64,000 nt of DNA from Octopus vulgaris. Lineage: Eukaryota. The notes beneath the pieces were generated by a model. It saw only the letters and a program-made list of their open reading frames with translations. It did not search any database and had not been told where the DNA came from. Positions 1 through 14,956 of the stretch are shown in pieces. The position numbers were made by a program, and so were the translations under genes. Numbering within the stretch: the stretch's first letter is position 1; each line of letters starts with the position of its first letter. The stretch spans positions 248,001 to 312,000 of the forward strand of contig OX597840.1 of NCBI GenBank assembly GCA_951406725.2. The letters run 5' to 3'.

Positions 1-159
1 CTGTTATGGTTATTATTGAGGTTTTTGCTGCTGCTGTTGTTGTTGTTATTGTTGTGGTGGTGGTGGTGGTGATGGAGGTGATGGTAGGGTTGTAGGTGAT
101 GGTGGTGGCATTATTAATATCCCACCATCTGATGCCCCTGTGGCAAATAACGAAAATCG

Positions 160-670
160 TCATCATCTTCGTCATCATTGTCATCACATCACCATCATCG
201 TGGTCATCATCATCATAGTCGTCATCATCATCATCATCATCATCATCATCAGCGTTGTCGAAGTCGTCAAAATCGACACCAGTTACACCACAACCCGGAC
301 CGCCAGCACTACAAATTTAATCACCATCATCATAATCATCATCAATATCATAATCATCATCATCATCATCATCGTCATCATCATCATCATCATCATCATC
401 ATCACCACCACCATCATCGTCATCATCATCATAATCATCGTCATCATCACCATCTTCATCATCATTGCTGTTTTCTCCATCATAATCATCATCATCATCC
501 TCATCATGACCATCATCATCCAGATTCTCCTCTTCCTCCTCATCATCATCGTCATTATCATCACCGTCATCAATATTAACATCGCTGCCATCTCCAACAA
601 CGCCACAGGCGGAATGATCAACATCAGCTGCACCACACCGACCACCATCACCACCACCACCACCACCACC

Positions 671-716
<46 letters not shown>

Positions 717-781
717 CCATCATCATTATCACCACCACCACCACCGCCACCACCACCACCACCACCACCATCATCATCATC
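160..781. repeat. Degenerate (ATC)n/(ACC)n trinucleotide field
   Basis: Directly visible catcat/caccac runs; overlapping poly-I/H/M ORFs are artefacts. Confidence 0.95.
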
Positions 782-799
782 AAGAACTTCATCGGGAGA

Positions 800-1225
800 C
801 CGGCAGAAATTGTTAGCATGCCGAACAAAACAGTTAGTGGCATATTTTTTTCCGGCTCTTCAGGTTCTGATCTGAAATGCTTTGGCAAATTTTTGCTTTC
901 GACTTTTTTTGGAGTCGATTAAAACGAAGTACTAGTGATATACTGGGGGTCGATGTAACGGGATTTCCCCCTTTTCCCTCAAAACTGCTGGTCACGTGCA
1001 TTTAATTAAAACCAAATTACTATTAATACAACGAAGGATGAAATGATTAGCAACACATCTTCCGAATCATCACGATATGAGTTCAAATGCCGTCGAGGTC
1101 AACTTTGCCTTTCATCCTTTCGGGGTCGATGAAATAAGCGCCGGCCGCGTCCTTGGCGGGTGGGGGTCAATGTAATCGACAAGTTCTGTCCCGTAAAGTT
1201 TCAGGTTTTGTGCCTCTAATGGAAA
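800..1225 (+). mobile_element. Two diverged SINE family A remnants
   Basis: ggcagaaattgttagcatgccg head; gaggtcaactttgcctttcatcctttcggggtcgat central block shared with the younger copy at 6451. Confidence 0.75.
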
Positions 1226-1227
1226 GA

Positions 1228-1274
<47 letters not shown>

Positions 1275-1469
1275 AACCACCACCCACCACCACCACTACC
1301 ACCACCACCATCACTACTACTACTACTACTACCACTACTACTATTACTACTACTATTACTACTACTACTACTACCACCACCACCACCACCACTACCACCA
1401 CCAAAACCAGCGCCAGCACAATCACTACCACCATTACTACTACTACTACTACTACTACTGCTGCTGCTG

Positions 1470-1515
<46 letters not shown>

Positions 1516-1605
1516 TACTATAACTACTACTACTGTCACCACCACCTCCACCTCCACCACTACCACCACCATCATCACCACAACTACTACCACCACCACG
1601 ACCAT
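1228..1605. repeat. (TAC)n/(CAC)n microsatellite
   Basis: Directly visible. Confidence 0.95.
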
Positions 1606-2254
1606 TACTTGTTTCTGTTGTTGTACTAATAGTCCCCCTTTTATTTTCTGCGCCCCTTCGTCATTTGCTTCCACTTGACGAGTCTCACCCATCTTCGTCT
1701 GCCTTTACGAACCAGCAATATTTTTTACTTTTCGCTTTGCTTCTTTCTGCCATTGTTTTCTCATTTCATTATTTTGTTTTTTAATAACTACATCGAAAGT
1801 TTCATCTCTTACGCAATCCGCTTGTTTGTTTCGTTGTTTGTGTTTGTATATGTAAGGGTGTGTATCTGTGTGTGTATGTATGTATGAACGTGTGTATATG
1901 CGTGTGAATTTGTGTGTCTATGTGTTGTTTGTAAGTGTTTGTGGGTGTTTCAAAATGGCCGACTATTTAGGCATTAAAAACCCTTTCAAAAAAGCAAAGA
2001 AAAAACCTTTGGTGATTTTCTTCTCTTTCCGAGTCCGCTGCAAGAATTATTCTCTTAAATACCATACTTGGCTAACGGGACATTACATAATCTGTGCCCC
2101 ACCTCCCTCTCTCTGTTTTCTCCCCCTTTTTCTTTCTTTCTTTTTCCTTTTTCATTATCCTTTTTTTTTCGTTTCTCTTCTGGACATATTTTAAAAGTAG
2201 TTTTCTCTCCCCAACTTCGACACCGCACTCCCTTTGTCACCATAATCGTATAGT

Positions 2255-3085
2255 AGTCACAACCATTGTCACCATTGCCAAAATCATCATGATCATGATC
2301 ATCATCATCATCATCACCACCACCACCATCATCACCGTCACTATGATCATTAACATCATCATCATCATCACCATTATCACCCTCAACAGCATCATCATTA
2401 TCATCAACATCATCCCCCTCCTGCTCCTCCTCCTCATTATCATCATCATCATCATCATCATCACCATTATCACCATCGTCAGCATCACCATCAGAATCAT
2501 CATCAATATCATTATTATGATCATTATCGACATGATCCTCCCCCTCTTCCTTCTTCTCCTTTTTATCATCATCTCCATCATTATCCTCATCTCAACACCA
2601 CCACCACCATCAACATCATCGTCGTTATCATCATCATCATCATCATCATACCCATCATCATGAAGATCATGATGACATTCCATTCTTTCTGCAACATCTC
2701 GTGTCTCTTCCAGCTCACCACGACCACCACCACGACAATCACCATCATCATCACCACCACCACCACCACCACCACAACCACTACTTTTACTACGAACACC
2801 ACCATCACCACCACAACTACTATCATCATAATCATCATACCCATCATCATCATCGTCATCATCGTCATCATCGTCATCATCATCCCCATCACCACCACCA
2901 CCACCATCCTCCTCCTCCTCCTCCTCCTCATCATCATCATCATCATCATCCTCATCCTCATCAGGATCATGATGACAATCCATTTTTCTGCAATTCCTCG
3001 TCTCCCCTCCTCCACCTCACCGTCACCACCACCACCACCACCACCACCACCACCACCACCATCACTACCACCGCCACCACCATCA
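2255..3085. repeat. Degenerate (ATC)n/(ACC)n/(CTC)n field
   Basis: Directly visible. Confidence 0.95.
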
Positions 3086-3676
3086 CGCCGATGCTCTGGC
3101 ACTGATATAATCTTGATTACACACGAATCTAAATATATCGCCTGAATCTGTTTATTTTTAATATTACTTTAAATATCAGCCTCTCGTTCTGTCTGTCTGT
3201 TCGTCTTTCCATTCTTGCTGGGTGCCTTGATGTCTATCTGTGCATCTTCTGAGTATCAAGACACTTAACGCTCAAACGTCTAAGTCCACCTAGTTAGAGA
3301 AAGGCAAAGGGTCACCTCAGAGCGAAACTAAACGACTCCCGATTAAACATGTGACAGCAATGCAAATTGATGTGGTGGTGATGATGATGATGATGATGGT
3401 TGTGGTGATGAGTGAGGATGATAGATGCTGATGGTGATGATGATAACGGCCGGATGCTGAGAGTGATGGCAAGAAGTTGCCGTAATTGTAGCAGTAATTA
3501 TGACGATCGTGATCATGATGGCGAAGAAGATGATGATAATGATAAGGGCGTTGATGAATAGCAGGAACTAACGGAGGTGTGTTTGATTCTTCCTTACAGT
3601 AACACAGCATTTTGGAGAAACAGCCCAGGTACTCTTGTTTCTCAGTCTTACAATCTTACTTATGTAAGACGTCTGT

Positions 3677-3765
<89 letters not shown>

Positions 3766-3799
3766 TATATATATATACACACATATATATATATATATA

Positions 3800-3880
<81 letters not shown>

Positions 3881-4074
3881 ATCTTAGGGAGTAAATCCAA
3901 ACTTTTTGATAAATTATATTTATTTAATAAAATAATAAATAAATAAAAAATATATATATATATATAAAAATTTATAAATATAAATTAATAATTTAAAATT
4001 TTTAACTTTAAATTTAAATAATTAAAATTTTGAATATTATATTTGATATATTTTGTATATTATATTAATTTATT

Positions 4075-4143
4075 TTATTTCTATGTTTTGGTTTATGTTT
4101 TTCATTGTTTGATTTGCCTAATAGTGGTTTTATCTCTAATTTA

Positions 4144-4146
<3 letters not shown>
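4075..4146 (+). mobile_element. Terminal fragment of the AT-rich HHR-bearing element family (other copies at 38752 and 44112)
   Basis: tttttcattgtttgatttgcctaatagtggttttatctctaatttaat is the reverse complement of the start of both other copies; abuts (TA)n. Confidence 0.8.
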
Positions 4147-4182
<36 letters not shown>

Positions 4183-4187
4183 TACAT

Positions 4188-4225
<38 letters not shown>

Positions 4226-5089
4226 CAAGCGCACCTTCATTTTGGGATCACTACTAATTTGTTATCTCCCCTACTTCTTAGATCTCCTGTGTGACCCTTC
4301 TGTCCGGCATGATAGATCGCTAACCACTACACACATGTTTTTTGCACGTATAAACAATAATTGCAGCGAAGTGACCGACAAAACCGTCAATATCAGGCAA
4401 ACAGTTCCTCAGAGACCTAACCCTGAATGGCTACCCACCATCTTTAACCAAACAACGGCGCCTAAAATACATCAGCGTCAATAAACCTGAGAACCATATA
4501 AAACTATCCCGTAAATCTACTTATGCAGATAAGGAATTGATCGTCTTAAAACCACGCCTAATCTACATCGCTGAAGATCCTTGTAGACACACGATTGGTT
4601 ACTTGACGAATTCCTTTTTCTATTTACCTTTCGATTTTTCAAATATGCAAATTTTTCACCAATTTTAAAGTTTTTTGGCGAACACATCACGGCAAACGAT
4701 TTCTAAGTGACAGGGCGATAGAACCCGGGGAGAAAGAACGCTGAATAATTAAGTAGCACATGGAAGTTACATAATATGAGACCGTTGCATCATTTTTTTA
4801 AAACATGTATCATATCTCTACGTTTTCCATCCTTTCCATTCACACACATACAAACATATATACACGCATTTATGTGAGTGTGTATATACTTGTCGGCAAA
4901 TGCATACGTACACATATAACCAATATATATATATATACACATACTCTCTCTCAATCCCTATATATATATATGTAAGACACTGTATGATTACTAAAGTGTG
5001 AATAAGCGCGCAAATGTGTAAAATTTATTCCTTGAATATTAGCATGCTATCTATATTTGCATTATTGCGTCAGGGTATACACACACACA

Positions 5090-5275
<186 letters not shown>

Positions 5276-5447
5276 ATATGTATGTATATATGTATGTATA
5301 TGCATATCCTTGCTGTTGGGTATATACATGCATTCACGCCAATGTGTGCAAACAAATATATTCACGCGTCAAATCGTATGTTTTCATACCTCGGAGGCAA
5401 ATCAGAAATGATTTTATATATTTAGTTGTATGGAAGCACACTCTACA

Positions 5448-5521
<74 letters not shown>

Positions 5522-5522
5522 A

Positions 5523-5573
<51 letters not shown>

Positions 5574-6132
5574 TGATAAGTTATATATATGAACAAGCTG
5601 AAAACGCCGAAGCCCGTATTTATAACTGTTTGCTTGTAGCAAGCCTGAGAGCCTCTCTCTGTGTATGTGCACTTATATAAAAAAATATTACATACTGGAA
5701 TGTACCACAACCCGTACACACCTGTGTACTTTATACGATTGCTTGTATATATATATATATATGATATGTACGTGTGTTTGTTTCTCTGTGTGTGTGTGTG
5801 TCTATGTATCTGGCTCCATGGGTGTGTTTCTATGTATCTAGCTCCATGTGCATGTGTGTTTGAATGTGTGTGTGTGTGAATGCATTAGTGTATTAATCAA
5901 GCAGCGAGTTGAGGCAGTGAACTCTGTAACCGGTTGTAATTACTAAACTACCGCTGACATGTTTGGACGACATCCATAACCTCTGCTATCACAATCCTGC
6001 ATGCAGGTGAACCTTCTCCCATGCCGCCGTAGAATCATTTCGTCAAATCAACTCTACGTGGCACAAGTTGAGCTTCCTTTTCTCACTTTATCATTATCAC
6101 CCTCTTTATGTATGTATGTATCTTTAAACACA

Positions 6133-6201
<69 letters not shown>

Positions 6202-6348
6202 CATAAAATGCATTTATATATAAATATATATTTACACATGTTTATATATATACATACGTACATGAATATATGTATATATATAAACATATACATGTATAAG
6301 TATATACACTCTACAATATATGTGAGTGTGTGTGCATATATACATATA

Positions 6349-6414
<66 letters not shown>

Positions 6415-6450
6415 GGTATGTATCTATCTATCTATATATATACATATAGT

Positions 6451-6682
6451 AAGGCGGCGAGCTGGCAGAAATGTTAGCGGGCGGGGCGAAATGCTTTGCG
6501 GTATTTCGTCTGCCGTTACGTTCTGAGTTCAAATTCCGCCGAGGTCGACTTTGCCTTTCATCCATTCGGGGTCGAGAAATAAAGTACCAGTTTCGCACTG
6601 GGGTCGATGTAATCGACTTAATCCGTTTGTCTGTCCTTGTTTGCCCCCTCAATGTTTAGCCCCTTGTTGGCAGTAATGAAAC
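6451..6682 (+). mobile_element. tRNA-derived SINE family A, full length
   Basis: aaggcggcgagctggcagaaatgttag (A-box-like) and gagttcaaattcc (B-box-like); more than 10 related copies in the window. Confidence 0.9.
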
Positions 6683-6732
6683 ATATATATATGCATATAG
6701 CTGTTTTGCTTATATATATATGCAATATAATA

Positions 6733-7125
6733 AAAAAACAGCCCCCCAAACAGACACATGTATACATATATACACACACACTCACACCATTCTGACCTCC
6801 ATACAGACACACATATACACACACATGCACACAAATAGCACCATGACAGATGCCAATCACACACATACACACACACACACAACACCATACACACACCATC
6901 CCACCAAATTTTAAAAAAATACACATCTATTTTTACCACAATGGACCCTGGGACCAATCAAAAACAGCCCCCCCACACAAACACATGCATACATATATGC
7001 ACTCACACAAAGACACACACACCCACACCATTCTGACCTCCATACAGACACACATATACACACACATGCACACAAATAGCACCATGCCAAATGCCAATCA
7101 CGCACATACATACACACACACAACA
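6733..7125. repeat. Tandem duplication of a ~225 bp CA-rich unit
   Basis: aaaaacagcccccc...cacaccattctgacctccatacagacacacatatacacacacatgcacacaaatagcaccatg recurs at ~6733 and ~6960. Confidence 0.85.
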
Positions 7126-7464
7126 CCAAGACAATCACACACACGGTTGACAAACTGGCACACATATACACACACCATCCTACCAGATTATACAAACACA
7201 CAGACACATCTATTCACACCACATATGTATATACACACTCACTCGAACCATTCTGACCTCTAAAGACCAATCCCCCAAATCATTGATGCGTGAAGGAGAG
7301 ACAAAAAGGAGAAATTCTTTTCAGTTCCACATTACTCCTCCTTCCCCCCACCCAAACACACCTACAGTGTCCCTTGAAATAGATAATATTCTTTTACGTT
7401 AACATGGTGAACAGGTCAGTTTTAGCTTCCCTACTATTATAATGTAAACCTTTTTGAACTCATA

Positions 7465-7891
7465 ATATTCTATGCATGTATACCAATATTCCACTGAACT
7501 TTTTAATAATTCCTTCTGGAAGCTATCTTTTACATTTTCTTGAGAATTTGTTGTAATCTTTTGTGCCCAATATTTCAATGAACTTGTTAAAATATTTTAT
7601 GTTCTTAGCATGCTCTTGTCACCAAAGAATGTATATATATGTATTGTAGTACTTGTGACAACCAATATTCTGTGCGTGTTTGAATATACAGATACAATAC
7701 CAATATCCCACTGAACTTTTTAATAACTCCATCTGGAAACTATCTTTAACATTTTCTTGAAAATGTATATTTATGTTGTAATATTTTGTGCCCAATATTT
7801 TAAGGAACTTGTTAAACTTTCTTATGTCCTTAACATGTCCTTGTTATCAAAGACTGTATATATGTAATGTAGCATTTTGTAACAACCAATA
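7465..7891. repeat. Diverged tandem duplication (~200-230 bp units) upstream of an HHR-like motif
   Basis: ccactgaactttttaataa...ttttgtgcccaatattt...acaaccaata occurs twice. Confidence 0.8.
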
Positions 7892-7916
7892 ATTAACGCA
7901 ACCAAACTTTTACATG

Positions 7917-7960
7917 TTACTTTTGACAATCTTTTTCCAAAGAGTGAAACCGTAAAGTAA
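7917..7960 (+). ncRNA. Minimal type-I hammerhead-like motif, U3-A8 variant
   Basis: ttactt-TTGACAA-TCTTT(ttcc)AAAGA-gt-GAAAC-C-GTA-aagtaa: 6-bp stem I, 5-bp stem II, compensated 3-8 pair, 2 extra nt before GAAA. Confidence 0.55.
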
Positions 7961-7999
7961 ATAAACATCTTTTAAAATTGCATTTTCAAACATTCTTTC

Positions 8000-8093
<94 letters not shown>

Positions 8094-8498
8094 TCTTATG
8101 TATGTATGTGGATATAACATTGAATATAACTACATATAGTCACTCTCTCTCTCTCTCTCTCTTTCTCTGTCTCTGTCGCTACACACACACACACACACTG
8201 CAGTATTCTGTTATTCCCGTCCGGAGCCCATCATTCACTCTTTCAACACCTCTGTGCCCCAAGGGACCAGTAAAGGGCTGCATCACTTCGTCATCGTTAC
8301 TAATGCCTGAGAGTTTTCCAGTTTATTTCCAAGTATGACTAGGGGCTTCGTGGTACGTGTGTATATATAATTGCGTGCATTTATACATCACAAGAAAACA
8401 TTTCTCAGCCGTGTTACTGTTATTCCGTCTCAATGTTACCTCTCTAGGATCTAATTGATATATATATAGTTTAGATCAAATTGTCATCTCGGTTCCAT

Positions 8499-8557
8499 TT
8501 TAACAAAACTGTCCGACGAACGGGAACGTGAAACTCCGAGTAACAGCTTTTGTTAAA
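8499..8557 (+). ncRNA. Minimal type-I hammerhead motif (U4C core)
   Basis: tttaacaaaactgt-CCGACGA-ACG(ggaa)CGT-GAAA-CTC(c)GA-GTA-acagcttttgttaaa: 14-bp stem I with one bulge; palindromic stem III. Confidence 0.75.
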
Positions 8558-8578
8558 TTTCTGCTGCTTTTAAATAAA

Positions 8579-8639
<61 letters not shown>

Positions 8640-8990
8640 TATATATATACACACATATATATATATGTGTGTGTGTGTGTATGTGTGTGTGTATATGTGT
8701 GTGTCTATAGATATATGTATATGTATATGTACATATATATGTGTGTGTGTGTGTGTGTATGTTTATATATATGCATATATAGGTGCATATACATACACTC
8801 ATATATATGTATATATATATACACACATATATTATTATTTGTATGTGTGTATATGTATATACTTATGTATGCACATCATCTATGTATATTAACTTACATA
8901 TATATTCTTTTGTGTGTTTGCCCTCATACAAGTGTGCGTGAGTATGTGCATATATATCTCTATATATGCACCCGGACACACTCACACACG

Positions 8991-9022
<32 letters not shown>

Positions 9023-9341
9023 TATATCTGATACCTGTATATCTCACACCCTCTGTCTTCTCCTTCGAATATAGTGGAAAAGAGAAAATGAAGAGAGAAA
9101 ATGAGAGAGAGAGAGAGAGAGAGAGGATGAAAGTGTGAAGGAGACAGACGTAAAACATGATTGATTACCCAACAAAGAGTGAACAAATTCTTCTCACAAC
9201 AGACGTGTCCTACCATAAACTGACTTGTCATTGGACAGTCTGTCGGCCATATTGTTATGACGGAATTCGCCACTATTGAATTATGTTAAAGTATTAGATT
9301 GCCAAAGGAAACACTCTGGTTCCTTGTACTCTATAGAAATA

Positions 9342-9727
9342 GTGGAGGCGCAATGGCCCAGTGGTTAGGGCAGCGGACTCGCGGTCATAGGATCGCGGTT
9401 TCGATTCCCAGACCGGGCGTTGTGAGTGTTTATTGAGCGAAAGCACCTAAAGCTCCACAAGGCTCCGGCAGGGGATGGTGGTGATCCCTGCTGTACTCTT
9501 TCACCACAACTTTCTCTCACTCTTACTTCCTGTTTCTGTTGTACCTGTATTTCAAAATGGCCGGCCTTGTCACTCTCTGTGTCACGCTGAATATCCCCGA
9601 GAACTACGTTAAGGGTGCACGTGTCTGTGGAGTGCTCAGCCACTTACACGTTAATTTCACGAGCAGGCTGTTCCGTTGATTCGGATCAACCGGAACCCTC
9701 ATCGTTGTAACCGACGGAGTGCTTCCA
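9342..9727 (+). mobile_element. tRNA-derived SINE family C, full length
   Basis: tggcccagtggttagggc...ggtttcgattccc tRNA-like head; near-identical copies at 16367 and 56074; TSD atagaaatagt (9333/9730). Confidence 0.92.
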
Positions 9728-10001
9728 AAATAGAAATAGTAAGAACGACCTCTCTTGCATCACATTCTGTCATCTTAAAACTGGATGGCGATATGGCGCA
9801 ATTTAGTCCTTCGTATGCAGTATACAAAATGACGATGTCGTCATAGCTAGAAAGCCTTTGATTCTAAATACTCCCGATCAGATATAATCTGATGTTAAAC
9901 AGCAATATCAATTATATAGCAAACTATTGGTGAGCCGAAAACATGTGGTTGCTTCGCATGCTAGAAATAGCGGGTGAACATGACGTAAAATCTAATATAT
10001 C

Positions 10002-10094
<93 letters not shown>

Positions 10095-10104
10095 GTTTCT
10101 CTCT

Positions 10105-10500
10105 TTCTCTTTTACTTGTTTCAATCATATGACTGTGGCCATGCTGAAGCACCGCCTTTCGTCGAGCAAATCGACCCCAGGACTTTATTCTTTGTAAGCC
10201 TAGTACTTATTATATCGGTCTCTTTTGCCGAACCGCTAAGTGACGGGGACGTAAACACACCAGCATCGGTTGTCAAGCTATGTTGGGAGGACAAACGCAG
10301 ACACACAAACACACACACACATACATATATACATATATACGACGGGCTTCTTTCAGTTTCCGTCTACCAAATCCACTCACAAGGCTTTGGTTGGCCCAAG
10401 GCTATAGTAGAAGACACTTGCCCAAGATGCCACGCAGTGGGACTTAACCCGGAACCATATGGTTGGTAAGCAAGCTACTTACCACACAGCCACTCCTACG

Positions 10501-10503
<3 letters not shown>
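10105..10503 (-). mobile_element. tRNA-derived SINE family B (CORE-like block, internal CA/TA tract)
   Basis: Reverse complement of the copy at 31683; cttgggcaagtgtctt resembles the CORE-SINE motif. Confidence 0.9.
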
Positions 10504-10557
<54 letters not shown>

Positions 10558-10975
10558 TCGGTTCTGTCCATGTTCGGTTTCCTGGTATGTCTCCATTATC
10601 ATTTTTTTGTTCCTAACTTTGACCTTCCATAAATCCAAAATTTTATTTTACAACTTATGGGAGCAAATGTGTTGGAAGAGCCATATTGTCGTTGAATGTT
10701 CGAAACGAGGAGTATATAGACACCTGACTACTAATGAAGGGTCCATTCTCTCTGTTTACTTGTCCTGTCTTCCATTTCTTCGCTGTTTACGTACTTCATG
10801 TTATTTTGCACCCTTGGTTAAGTCCTTTATCCAAATATGCATGTATATATATATATATATACACATATATATATATATACACATATATATATATACATGC
10901 ATATACATATATAATGTATGTATATATGTATATATATATATATATATATAGACACATATATATATACATATATAT

Positions 10976-11025
<50 letters not shown>

Positions 11026-11171
11026 ATACATACATGCATACTTATATATATGTGTGTATGTATGCACAAATGAATATATGCATTTGTATCTATATATATC
11101 GATGTGTATAAATATAGGCGGTGCACCAGCATGGCCGCAGTCAAACGAATGAAATAAGTAAAAGAATGGAA

Positions 11172-11217
<46 letters not shown>

Positions 11218-11514
11218 GTATGTGTGTGTGTGTGTGTGCGTCTATTTGTTTTTCTGTCTGTTTCTTGTATTTTATTCCCCGAGGACAATGTTTCCATATG
11301 GAATACAATACTTTTGAGAACATATTTTGATGGATTCTTCATTCTTTATTCGCTTCCAGTTTTGTCAAAGATGCCGTCACATCGTCTGAGACTTCTGCAA
11401 GTATTATCTGGTTGCCTTGCTGCTGAAGTCATTTTATATAAATTCTTCTAGTCGAGATTTTTGTATATATTTTTTGATTTTTTGTAGGTAATTTTACTCA
11501 CCTTCTTTGCTTTT

Positions 11515-11995
<481 letters not shown>

Positions 11996-11996
<1 letters not shown>

Positions 11997-12302
11997 CTTA
12001 TAAATAAGGGCCAACGAAAAAATTTCTAATGCCAAATATGCCGAAAATTGGACATATTGTATAACATGGGTATGAGTAAGTATCACATTTATTTCTTTGC
12101 CACATTTATCACTTACGAAGGGAGGGTTCTTATGAATTAACCCTGAAATCGGTCCGATATGGTAATAATGGAATTTTTAAAGAAATTTCTGTCGACGTGT
12201 TTTCGAGTAGCGTGCGTATTGTGAAAAGTTGTATGGTTATGGACAATATGTCCAATTTTCGGCATATTTGGCATTAGAAATTTTTTCGTTTTATTTATAA
12301 GT
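11996..12302 (+). mobile_element. (TA)n-flanked element with perfect 48-bp inverted arms enclosing an HHR
   Basis: 12013-12060 is the reverse complement of 12243-12290. Confidence 0.75.
12106..12165 (+). ncRNA. Type-I hammerhead motif with G5U substitution
   Basis: ttatca-CTTACGA-AGGG...CCCT-GAAA-TCGG(t)CCG-ATA-tggtaa. Confidence 0.65.
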
Positions 12303-12349
12303 TCTTTATAATTTTGCCCTTATTTATAAAATTTTATCCTACATTAAAT

Positions 12350-12423
<74 letters not shown>

Positions 12424-12597
12424 ATAAAAAATATAATACATATATATATATATATCTTTATAATTCACTTCCATCTTTACCCTTTAATTGTCACTTTATT
12501 TTAACTTTCCTATGACATACAACTTTCAAGATGGTATTTATAATTTTGAAATATTTAAAAGGTATTTTTTCAAAATTTTATCCTACATTAAATATAA

Positions 12598-12640
<43 letters not shown>

Positions 12641-12787
12641 TATTTTTATTATTATTATTTTTTTTCCTTTTTCTTTTTGTGTCTCTCTCCTTCTCCATAT
12701 ATATATATATATACATAGGCAACCTATGCACAACACACACTATATATACAGCCAAGTATAAAACCACAGGGTCCAGCAGACCAACGG

Positions 12788-12860
<73 letters not shown>

Positions 12861-13167
12861 TCTACAAATATGAACCATCTGATCTGATTACCATGTATAC
12901 TTACTGATAATTTCTCTGTTGTAGTTCATGTTTGCGCTTTGATTACTAATTCTAACTATTTCTGCTATTTTGCCCTAATTTGAATTCCTGATAATTATAT
13001 AGATAGTTGATGGTATATCAGGGTTAAAATAATTAACAATACTATAGCTGCCTTTTGGTGTGTATACTCCCCGCACGTCACGTAGCTTCCTTAAATATAT
13101 ATATATATATATATACACATATATATGTATGTATACATATATATGTATAAGTATTTATATACATATG

Positions 13168-13223
<56 letters not shown>

Positions 13224-13725
13224 TTTATATATATGTCTATATATGTATATGCATGTATGTATCTATCTCTCTATATATACGTATATACGCCTATATTTGT
13301 ACATGTGCATAAATGCATAGATCAATACATATATCTATCTACCTAACATACACACACACACAAACACATCCACACATATTTATATATACATATTCACGCA
13401 CAATTGTATATCAACAGCACACATCTGTTTGTATAGATAGATTGGGCAAAAAAATTTGTACAGCTAATGAACTGACGTATGATGAAGTGGAACAAACAAA
13501 AGGAAATACGAATGGAACAGATATATATGTTATATACTGCAAAAGAAATATTCAGATCGAGAAACAAAATTAATATGTGAAAATAACAAAGAAATTAAAA
13601 GAATAAACAATAACAGGATTGTGGACATATATTAACCATTCAAAAACACACAAAACTTTAGCTCGTTTAAATATTTATTATTTGGTGTCAGCAATTTCGT
13701 CTTGCTGTCTGTAACCTATGACTAA

Positions 13726-13787
<62 letters not shown>

Positions 13788-13788
<1 letters not shown>

Positions 13789-13998
13789 TTCTTTACTACC
13801 CACAAGGGGCTAAACATAGACGGGACAAACAAGGACAGACAAAGGGTTTAAGTCAATTACATCGACTCCAGTGCGTAACTGGTACTTAATTTATCGACCC
13901 CGAAAGGATGAAAGGCAAAGTCAACCTCGGCGGAATTTGAACTCAGAACGTAACGCATTTCGCCCGGTGCGCTAACGGTTCTACCAGCTCGCCCCCTT
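13788..13998 (-). mobile_element. SINE family A
   Basis: Reverse complement of the family A sequence, with a short internal deletion. Confidence 0.9.
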
Positions 13999-14043
13999 AT
14001 ATATCCCTCTTATATATATATATACATATATATATGTATATGC

Positions 14044-14086
<43 letters not shown>

Positions 14087-14118
14087 TATATGTATATATA
14101 TATGTATATATGTATATA

Positions 14119-14170
<52 letters not shown>

Positions 14171-14613
14171 AAGAGGGATGACCACTAGATGGATTCCTAA
14201 TATGGTAAATATAGACCCCATATGGTTTGACTACTAAGAAAATTCTCGAGAAAATTCGACAAAAGCCAGAGCGTAAAGCGAGTAAGACAAATGGAAGGAT
14301 ACAAAATATAGTGATTAGTCACAAACCATGGTTTCATTGTTACCATTTACATTACGTAAATGTCTGCAAATGCTCAGTGTGACCGTCACGGAAAAGATAA
14401 TATGCAGAACTATACACGAGACGTCCTCTTGAGAGGTAACAACGAAACCATGGTATGTTACTAATCACTATATTTTGTATCTTTTCATTTGTCTTGCTCA
14501 CTGTAATGTCTGGCGTCTGCCGAATTTACTTGAGAACAATCTTTTCTTAGTGGTCAGACCATATGGGGTCTACCTTTAGCATATTAGGAATCCACCAAGT
14601 GATCATTCCTCTT
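14171..14613. mobile_element. Penelope-like element with diverged ~175-bp inverted arms and an HHR 3' half
   Basis: 14171-14344 versus 14435-14613 inverted; GAAACCATGGTA at 14444-14455; related fragment at ~38545-38686. Confidence 0.65.
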
Positions 14614-14622
14614 ATATGTATG

Positions 14623-14833
14623 CTCTTTACTCTTTTACTTGCTTCAGTCATATTGACTGCGGCCATGCTGGAGCACCGCCTTTTAGTCGAGCAAATCGAC
14701 CCCGGGACTTATTCTTTTTGTAAGCCCAGTACTTATTCTATCGGTCTCTTTTGCCGAACCGCTAACTGACGGGGACGTAAACACACCATCATCGGTTGTC
14801 AAGCAATGCTAGGGGGACAAACACAGACACACA

Positions 14834-14921
<88 letters not shown>

Positions 14922-14956
14922 CATATACATATATACGACAGGCTTCTTTCAGTTTT
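14623..14956 (-). mobile_element. SINE family B, 5'-truncated
   Basis: ctctttttactctttta-type tail and family B 3' half; flanked by a ~94-bp direct repeat. Confidence 0.88.

Noticed and set aside
140-3145. Long poly-His/Ile/Thr/Met ORFs
   Set aside because: They are open in several frames on both strands because trinucleotide repeats lack stops; no domain or splice evidence.
9342-9417. Apparent tRNA genes at the heads of SINEs C and D
   Set aside because: Each continues into a repeated SINE body, several with TSDs; they are SINE heads, not tRNA genes.
10665-10745. tgttggaagagccat...atgttcGAAACgaggaGTA and a downstream CTAATGAAGGG
   Set aside because: Too degenerate to assign a core or stem III, although the TA-flanked island may be Penelope-like.
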